Assembly (NCBI GenBank): GCA_040285745.1
Contig: JAUFOR010000008.1
Span: 1,736,001 to 1,800,000 of the forward strand
Direction: 5' to 3'
Source of the DNA: Barthelona sp. PCE
Lineage: Eukaryota
DNA: 64,000 nt
Both the position numbers and the translations under genes were made by a program. Below the pieces are notes generated by a model. The model had not been told where the DNA came from. It did no database searches and was given only the letters and a program-made list of their open reading frames with translations. Below are positions 58,154-64,000 of this stretch, piece by piece; the first letter of the stretch is position 1; the number at the start of each line of letters is the position of its first letter.

Positions 58154-58927
58154 ATTACCTGATACTAGTTAATGAAATAGGGCAGAATTGATATAACAAT
58201 ATTGATGAAATATTGTAGTGATTGACTAACATAAAACAGCCTCATGTATAAATTAGCCTCCTATGCCAAATATTGGATGTGAAAAACAGACTTCATGCAT
58301 ACCTGCTCAAATAGAAACCTTTTTCTATCAATATAAGCACCAGGATATTTGGAAAATTTCTATAATGTTTTACTATACGAGAGTACAAGCACATAAAACA
58401 TGAATAACTCAAAAACTCACAATGCTTCATAAAGAACTGCTATAGCTCTATACATTTTGAAAGGGATTTGTATATTACTTATTATGTATGTTTCTGCAAG
58501 ACTAAAGGTAAAAAGAAAGTTAAGTACTATAGGTTAAAAAAAACCGCACCACATGAACATAAACCATGGTTTTCTTTCAAATGATTCATGCTTAATTCGC
58601 CATAATAAACCATGGGGAGTGTGTAAAATCTCTGAATTAATAAAAATTTTGTGGAAAAATTAAAATATTTTGCAATTTAAGGAAAAAAAAAATTTCCTAA
58701 CATTTTTATTAGTAGAATTTAAAAAAAGTCAATCATTTTTAAATTTCCTAATATAAAAATATCTACATATAAGCACAATATAATGATTTAAACATTGAAA
58801 ACACTGATTATAGAGCACTTAAAACATCCAATAAGATATAATTATTCAGAAACAAAAATTTTTAACCAGCTTCTTTTTGTAGAAGATTTATTCTTGGTCG
58901 AATTTTTCTTTGAAATAGTGGCAACTG

Positions 58928-59362
58928 TTATGTGTCATTCAGCTGCGATGAACGGAGTCGAACCAGTGAAGTTAAAAAACGACTAATATCTCTGAGTGTT
59001 GTATTCTGAATAGTCTGTCTTGTAATTTTAGGGTGATTGATATAAGAAATAACCTGTCCCAGATCTTCTTCCCGTACAGTAGATAGATCTAAGCTGAACA
59101 AAAAGCTTAACCATTGTTCTTTTGATGAGTCACATTCCTTGTAATCTTTTTTAATCTTTTCTTTCAGAGCATTCCAGCTATAATCACTATCAAAGTAAAG
59201 CATGCTAATAGAGGTTGTGATGAGGCACATCTCCAAGGGAGGCTCAGTAATTCCTAGTAATTCTTCAAAGTCATTTTCTTTTGTATTGTTAAGTTGCTCA
59301 ATACTTTCTCTGTATTCCTGTCTTGCAAAAATTTCAGGGAGTTTGATTTTCTTACGTCCCAT
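58928..59362 (-). CDS. Hypothetical protein
   Basis: 144-aa ORF with an ATG after a pyrimidine-rich tract; no motif recognised. Confidence 0.6.
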   Translation of the reverse strand: MGRKKIKLPEIFARQEYRESIEQLNNTKENDFEELLGITEPPLEMCLITTSISMLYFDSDYSWNALKEKIKKDYKECDSSKEQWLSFLFSLDLSTVREEDLGQVISYINHPKITRQTIQNTTLRDISRFLTSLVRLRSSQLNDT

Positions 59363-59452
59363 TTTAGTGGAAGAGTAGGAAAGAATAAGAAAGAATAAGA
59401 AAGTCAGTATTCATTTGGTCAACTTACCAAAACAGTTCGTAAATTTTTGGAT

Positions 59453-60130
59453 TTATTCCTTGGGTACAAGCGCCTCATACCCGGGATATTCATACTCATA
59501 ACCTTCATCCTTAAGCTTCTGTTTCTTCACAGCTTCCTTTTTCAGGAGTTTATCCCAGTTCTTCTGGATTTGTTCTGCTGTTCTCTTCTTGTTGATTTCC
59601 TCTCTGTGCTTGCGGCGATGGTTCACGTGGAAGAACGGTTTAGCGGCGTTCTTAAAAAGACCTTCATGAATTTCACTATCTTCAAGTAATTTGGCTTGTA
59701 GAAAGTTAAAATGCACAAGATAGTTGGTCATAACTTCGACTGCAACCTCAGCGTCATGTCTGTCTTGGAATTCAACCCAACCAAAGTGCTTGTGAGCACC
59801 AGTTCTACGATTCCTACTAATTCGCACTGATTTGACAAGACCAAATTGTGTAAAATAGCTCCTTAACTGTGGTTCGTTGAGGTATTTGGGGATACGGCTG
59901 AGGAAAACCACTGAACGTTCGGATTCTTCATTCTTTTCACTGTTTTTGGCTTCAACAGCGGCCTTAGCCTTTTCCATGATCTCTGTTGAGATTTTCTCTT
60001 CCAAAGACTTGATGGAAATCTCGTTCTCGTCATTTTCATTATCATTGAATTCAATTTCACTATCTATGTTCTTTTCTGTCTCTGATTCGTTGTCCGTGAA
60101 CACGATCTGGTCAACTTCGATGTCGCTCAT
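59453..60130 (-). CDS. RRM nucleolar protein, NOP15/NIFK-like
   Basis: Motifs VVFLSRIP, YFTQFG.V..VRISRNRRTG.HKHFGWVEF, A.VAVE.M.NYL and a basic tail ending GYEYEYP. The probable start is ATG 60130. Confidence 0.88.
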   Translation of the reverse strand: MSDIEVDQIVFTDNESETEKNIDSEIEFNDNENDENEISIKSLEEKISTEIMEKAKAAVEAKNSEKNEESERSVVFLSRIPKYLNEPQLRSYFTQFGLVKSVRISRNRRTGAHKHFGWVEFQDRHDAEVAVEVMTNYLVHFNFLQAKLLEDSEIHEGLFKNAAKPFFHVNHRRKHREEINKKRTAEQIQKNWDKLLKKEAVKKQKLKDEGYEYEYPGYEALVPKE

Positions 60131-60310
60131 GTCCCAAAAGTACTTGTAAAGGTTAAAAAAGGCAAAAGCATTGAATTGATATGATACGCTCTTTAATTCA
60201 GTGTAAGTGATCAAATAAACGAGTATTCAGCAACAAAAGCACAGATAAATCACCAAACACCCTTTCTCAAGTGTTTTTTAGTGCATTTGTGTATTCTTTC
60301 CTTTTCATGG

Positions 60311-61720
60311 ATGATGCATCGTAAAGAGGTCATTATAGGGGCACTGTTGTTTGCAGTGTGCGTCAGAGTTATGTTGGGTGTTAATCCACATTCCGGATTC
60401 TCTAAGAAGCCAATGTACGGGGATTTCGAGGCTCAAAGACATTGGAAAGAGATAACAATCAACCTTCCCACCGATCAGTGGTACGTAAACGGTACAGATA
60501 ACGATCTCATGTACTGGGGTTTAGATTATCCACCACTCACTGCATACCATCATTTTCTGGTAGGAAAGGTGTTCGAAAAGGTGCACCCGCCGAGCGTATC
60601 TCTTCACGAATCGCGAGGAAACGAGGATAAGCAAACTTTGTTACTTATGCGATCAAGTGCTCTTATTTCTGACTGTATTCTCTTCATTCTTCCAGTTCTA
60701 CTATTACACAATATATTCCACTTCGAACGTCTCACACTCAGCCTGCTCTTTGCAGTTGACCTGTTGGTTATTGATCACGTACATTTCCAGTACAATCATA
60801 TAAGTCTTGGTCTCATGTTATTGGCACTAATAACTTTTAAAGTTAAGAAGCCTTTTTTCTCAGTATTATGCTTCCTGTTATCCGTATCTTATAAGCAGAT
60901 TGCACTGTATTATTCACTGACATTTGTTGTTGCTGTGATCCGTGACTTTGCCTTTGGTTCTCTCGGCAGCTTTATGGCTTGTGCAGCCGGTGTGATTGTT
61001 GTTGCCGCCACTGTATTCCTTCCGTTTCACAGTACAATTTTTGACGTTTTTGCTCGCATATTCCCTTTTTATCGTGGTGCTTTTGAAGACAAAGTGGCCA
61101 GTTTTTGGTGCATCATTACCCCAGTTTTTGATATTAGACAATTCAAAAAAGGTCCTATACTCGCCACAGCCTTAACAGTTGTGTGCTCATTAATACCTAT
61201 CACTTTATTGTTCAAGCGCCATCAACGGCACCATCGCTTCCAACAGCTCACAAAGGCGCTCTTTCTGCAGGCACTCACATTCTTCTTCTTCTCGTATCAG
61301 GTACATGAAAAATCGATTCTTTATCCGTCTTTAATGGTACATTTCATTTTATACAATGCAAGCGATGCAGAGAAGTACAAACTGCTACCGTATTGGTTTC
61401 TATGGTCTCTATTCAGTATGTCTCCTTTGCTATTAACAAAGGACATTGTGTATGGTGCTTTTTTTGGTTTATACATTCTGTCAATATTTATGCACATTAT
61501 TTTGCAATCAAAGGTCAATACTGCTGCTCTATGTACCAGTGTCGCTGTCCATTTAGTTTGTATTGTCCTCATGATCTTTGGACATAAACCAATCACCCTG
61601 CCTTGGATATACGATTACTTAATCAGCGGGTTGTCTTTTGCCTATTTTGGGCTTGTTTATATTGAAATAACGTATCACGATCTCCTGTCCAGTCGTGAAC
61701 AGTGCGTGATTAAGAAGTAG
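60311..61720 (+). CDS. ALG6: Dolichyl-P-Glc:Man9GlcNAc2-PP-Dol alpha-1,3-glucosyltransferase
   Basis: Motifs PMYGDFEAQRHW.EIT, YWGLDYPPLTAYH, IDH.HFQYN, YKQ.ALYY, RIFPF.RG.FEDKVA.FWC and FSYQVHEKSIL. Confidence 0.95.
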   Translation: MMHRKEVIIGALLFAVCVRVMLGVNPHSGFSKKPMYGDFEAQRHWKEITINLPTDQWYVNGTDNDLMYWGLDYPPLTAYHHFLVGKVFEKVHPPSVSLHESRGNEDKQTLLLMRSSALISDCILFILPVLLLHNIFHFERLTLSLLFAVDLLVIDHVHFQYNHISLGLMLLALITFKVKKPFFSVLCFLLSVSYKQIALYYSLTFVVAVIRDFAFGSLGSFMACAAGVIVVAATVFLPFHSTIFDVFARIFPFYRGAFEDKVASFWCIITPVFDIRQFKKGPILATALTVVCSLIPITLLFKRHQRHHRFQQLTKALFLQALTFFFFSYQVHEKSILYPSLMVHFILYNASDAEKYKLLPYWFLWSLFSMSPLLLTKDIVYGAFFGLYILSIFMHIILQSKVNTAALCTSVAVHLVCIVLMIFGHKPITLPWIYDYLISGLSFAYFGLVYIEITYHDLLSSREQCVIKK

Positions 61721-62059
61721 TAGTAAATATGTTCCCCTGCAGATTTTCCATTTTGGTTTTTTTTCATTTATTGCATATATGGATAATAAATGTACGTATA
61801 TGGGTCATATAACCCTTGTAAGGATCGACACCAGATGATTTAATGCAATTGTATCTCCCATTGATTTTTAAGAGCTCAGCAGGTTTGTTTCACAATTGAA
61901 CAGCAGAATCCGGTTTGCATTTGTGTGTTATACGTGCAACTTCAACGAAATATGAGAGATGTGAATAGCGATAATTGTTTTGAAGTTTTTCCACACTTTC
62001 AACACTTTCAACAGTTTCTGTCCTCTAAAACTCTTGATAGATAATATGTACCGTTAGGA

Positions 62060-63076
62060 ATGGCTCTAAATCTTAAAAAGATTGACTCTCCTTTATTGTT
62101 AGTATCACTTACCGTGTTATGTACGGTTGTGATGTTGTTTATACGTCTAGCAAACTGGATCCAGATTAGCTGGTGGGTGATATTCCTCCCATTGTATGTA
62201 TGTGACATCATCACCCTTTTTACCGCATCTTCAGCAGTATTGCATTATTTCAATTCGTTGACCAGCTCATACGACGTTGCCGACGTAGACGCGCTTATAG
62301 CAACCACTGTATTATATATTCCTCTTATAGTATTTGAGATTTTCTTACCCTGGTTTCTTTCAAGGGTTTCCAGTTCAAATGATATTTGGATTCCTCTAAG
62401 CGCGTATTTTGTAGCATTTGTAGCATCAATAATCACATATATCTTCAAATTGAAGAGCAGACGATCGGGACACTTTGATGTAATGATCATGTTTTTGTTG
62501 CCATTCTTCCTTTCATTTGGCCTAAAGGTGAACGGCTTTGTTGATTGGAGCTGGACAGCCATGATTTATTCACAGTGCTTTTCTTCACTTATTTGTGGAG
62601 GATTACTCATGCTTAGTGGTGAACGATTGAATGGTAGCACTTTTGCAATTTCAAATACATTGGGTTTCTTATTACTCGCTCAGTGGTCTTCTAGTTACAG
62701 CAGATCAAGTTTTCTCGTATGGTCTTTTCTCATTTTCTTATGCCAGTTTTTTGTCTATTTTTATGTTGCATGGAATAGACCACCTCAGAATAAGTGGTGG
62801 GTGTCATGGAAAACTGGTTCTGAGCTTCCAGAGTATACAGTATCATCAAATTATTTGGAACCCGTTCCCCATGCAGTTGTTCATGAAGGATCAGTGTCAT
62901 CCCGATCAAGAAGGGATTCATTAAGTACAATTCGTTCCAGACCATCATCGCGCGGATCAAGAAGCGCTTTGTCAAGAAGTTCATCACGTGGTTCACTCAA
63001 ATCCATCAAATCTTATAAGAGTAGTTCCTCAAAACGTGTAGATGAACTTGCTCAAATAGACATTCAGTTTACTTAA
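62060..63076 (+). CDS. TMEM185/FAM11-like multipass membrane protein with Ser/Arg-rich tail
   Basis: Repeated helices with SWWVIFLPL, IWIPL and LKVNG..DWSW, plus NKWW after the last helix. Confidence 0.65.
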   Translation: MALNLKKIDSPLLLVSLTVLCTVVMLFIRLANWIQISWWVIFLPLYVCDIITLFTASSAVLHYFNSLTSSYDVADVDALIATTVLYIPLIVFEIFLPWFLSRVSSSNDIWIPLSAYFVAFVASIITYIFKLKSRRSGHFDVMIMFLLPFFLSFGLKVNGFVDWSWTAMIYSQCFSSLICGGLLMLSGERLNGSTFAISNTLGFLLLAQWSSSYSRSSFLVWSFLIFLCQFFVYFYVAWNRPPQNKWWVSWKTGSELPEYTVSSNYLEPVPHAVVHEGSVSSRSRRDSLSTIRSRPSSRGSRSALSRSSSRGSLKSIKSYKSSSSKRVDELAQIDIQFT

Positions 63077-63401
63077 CTGTTTATTTCGTGATTTCTGCAT
63101 TAATTAGAGTAAAGTATATGTTAAAAATGATTTTGAGGATCAATTAATTGCTGTTTTGTATATTTGTACTTAAAGATCACACATAACCAGTTCCATGGAG
63201 CACCGTTTGAGCACTAATTTCCGTTCTTCAAGTTTCAAAATAATTCTGATGCTGGCATTTCCTGTTCTCGGAAGAACCAACTAAAAACCTTTGAAATTCG
63301 CAGGGTCCGCGATACCATCCCACTTCACACCCATCTAGTAAATGAACAATATTACAACCTCTTGCAAACAGTTTTTAAACTTATACATCTATTTTTCTAA
63401 T

Positions 63402-64000
63402 ATGACAAGCAAAGATTTCTCCAACTCAGAGTTTCCCACAACTGGTGAAGGTCGTGTTTATCATTTAGGAGCCAAAAAAGGTGAAATTTATAACCGTATT
63501 GTTACTTCCGGTGATGTAGGTCGTATTAAGCGTATTAAAACTCATCTTACCGAAATTCACTATGAAATTGAAAGCTCCAGATGCTTTTATATTGTTTCTG
63601 GTGTGTACAAGGGTTTCAACGTAACACTGGTTGCCTCCCTTATGGGTTATCCTAACATGGACTTTGCTGTTCGTGAACTCCGTGCTATCGTTGACGGTCC
63701 CATGGTCATCATCCGCTTAGGAACATGTGGTTCTCCCAGAGCCGACTCTCGCCTTGGTGATATTGCTATTGGCCGTGAGACTCGCGGTATTTACCGTAAC
63801 CCTGATGCTTTCCGTCCCGGTGCCCCCGCTGATATGGAGAAGTATCACATCACCCTTCCTGCCAAGGGTTGTGACCGTCTTTCAGACATTGTTAAGGCCA
63901 AACTAATTGAACAAGAGCTTAACGTTGTTGAAGGAACAACTTTCTCTGGTTGCACTTTTTATTCCGCTCAAGGACGTGTTGGTGTTCACTTTGATGACAA
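63402..64000 (+). CDS. Uridine phosphorylase-like nucleoside phosphorylase (3' truncated by window end; absent from the ORF track)
   Basis: Manual translation: MTSKDFSNSEFPTTGEGRVYHLG...RIVTSGD..R...MGYPNMDFAVRE.R......IIRLGTCG...FYSAQGR. Confidence 0.88.
   Translation, partial: MTSKDFSNSEFPTTGEGRVYHLGAKKGEIYNRIVTSGDVGRIKRIKTHLTEIHYEIESSRCFYIVSGVYKGFNVTLVASLMGYPNMDFAVRELRAIVDGPMVIIRLGTCGSPRADSRLGDIAIGRETRGIYRNPDAFRPGAPADMEKYHITLPAKGCDRLSDIVKAKLIEQELNVVEGTTFSGCTFYSAQGRVGVHFDD

Noticed and set aside
59363-59430. GTAAGT...ACTGAC plus pyrimidine tract as an intron upstream of the 59362 gene
   Set aside because: No AG acceptor follows the branch-like motif before the ATG; the tract is a short AAAGAATAAG duplication.
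63180-63340. GC-richer spacer as an ncRNA (RNase P/MRP, tRNA, snoRNA)
   Set aside because: I could not identify conserved boxes or a cloverleaf by eye; an Rfam scan would be needed.
1-64000. Alternative genetic code (TAR=Gln as in hexamitid diplomonads, or TGA reassignment)
   Set aside because: Conserved genes read through without internal stops and end at TAG (1155), TAA (2551) and TGA (40922) at expected positions.

Overview
This is a very compact, almost intron-free eukaryotic genome segment with about 30 protein-coding genes and intergenic gaps of -4 to ~800 bp. It uses the standard code (TAA, TAG and TGA all terminate genes). Flagellar/cytoskeletal genes (ARMC4/ODAD2-like, AIR9-like, SPEF1-type CH protein), rare GTATGT introns with a fused branch-point/3' splice site and an AATAAA/AGTAAA/TGTAAA 3' signal suggest a flagellated metamonad-like protist (inference). 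Housekeeping genes include V-ATPase D, an aldo-keto reductase, a Rim15/IRE-type kinase, an RMP1/NEPRO-like protein, a DP-like factor, GGTase-I beta, a PreP peptidase, an MFS transporter, MadBub, a DEAH-RBR helicase, an NhaC-type transporter, QTRT1, an MST/Hippo-like kinase, a Rab, a NOP15-like RRM protein, ALG6, a TMEM185-like protein and a uridine phosphorylase. The standout structure lies at 27947-32232: an oversized (~1250 aa) hAT-type DDE transposase between 83-bp inverted repeats (82/83 identical). The repeats continue as degenerate inverted repeats right up to the ATGs of two outward-facing host genes, and no target-site duplication is visible. It may be a domesticated or invertible promoter cassette. 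Two 5'-proximal introns missed by the ORF track were found; one contains a long hairpin that folds it down to the size of the other. All family calls come from motifs read by eye; no database searches were run.
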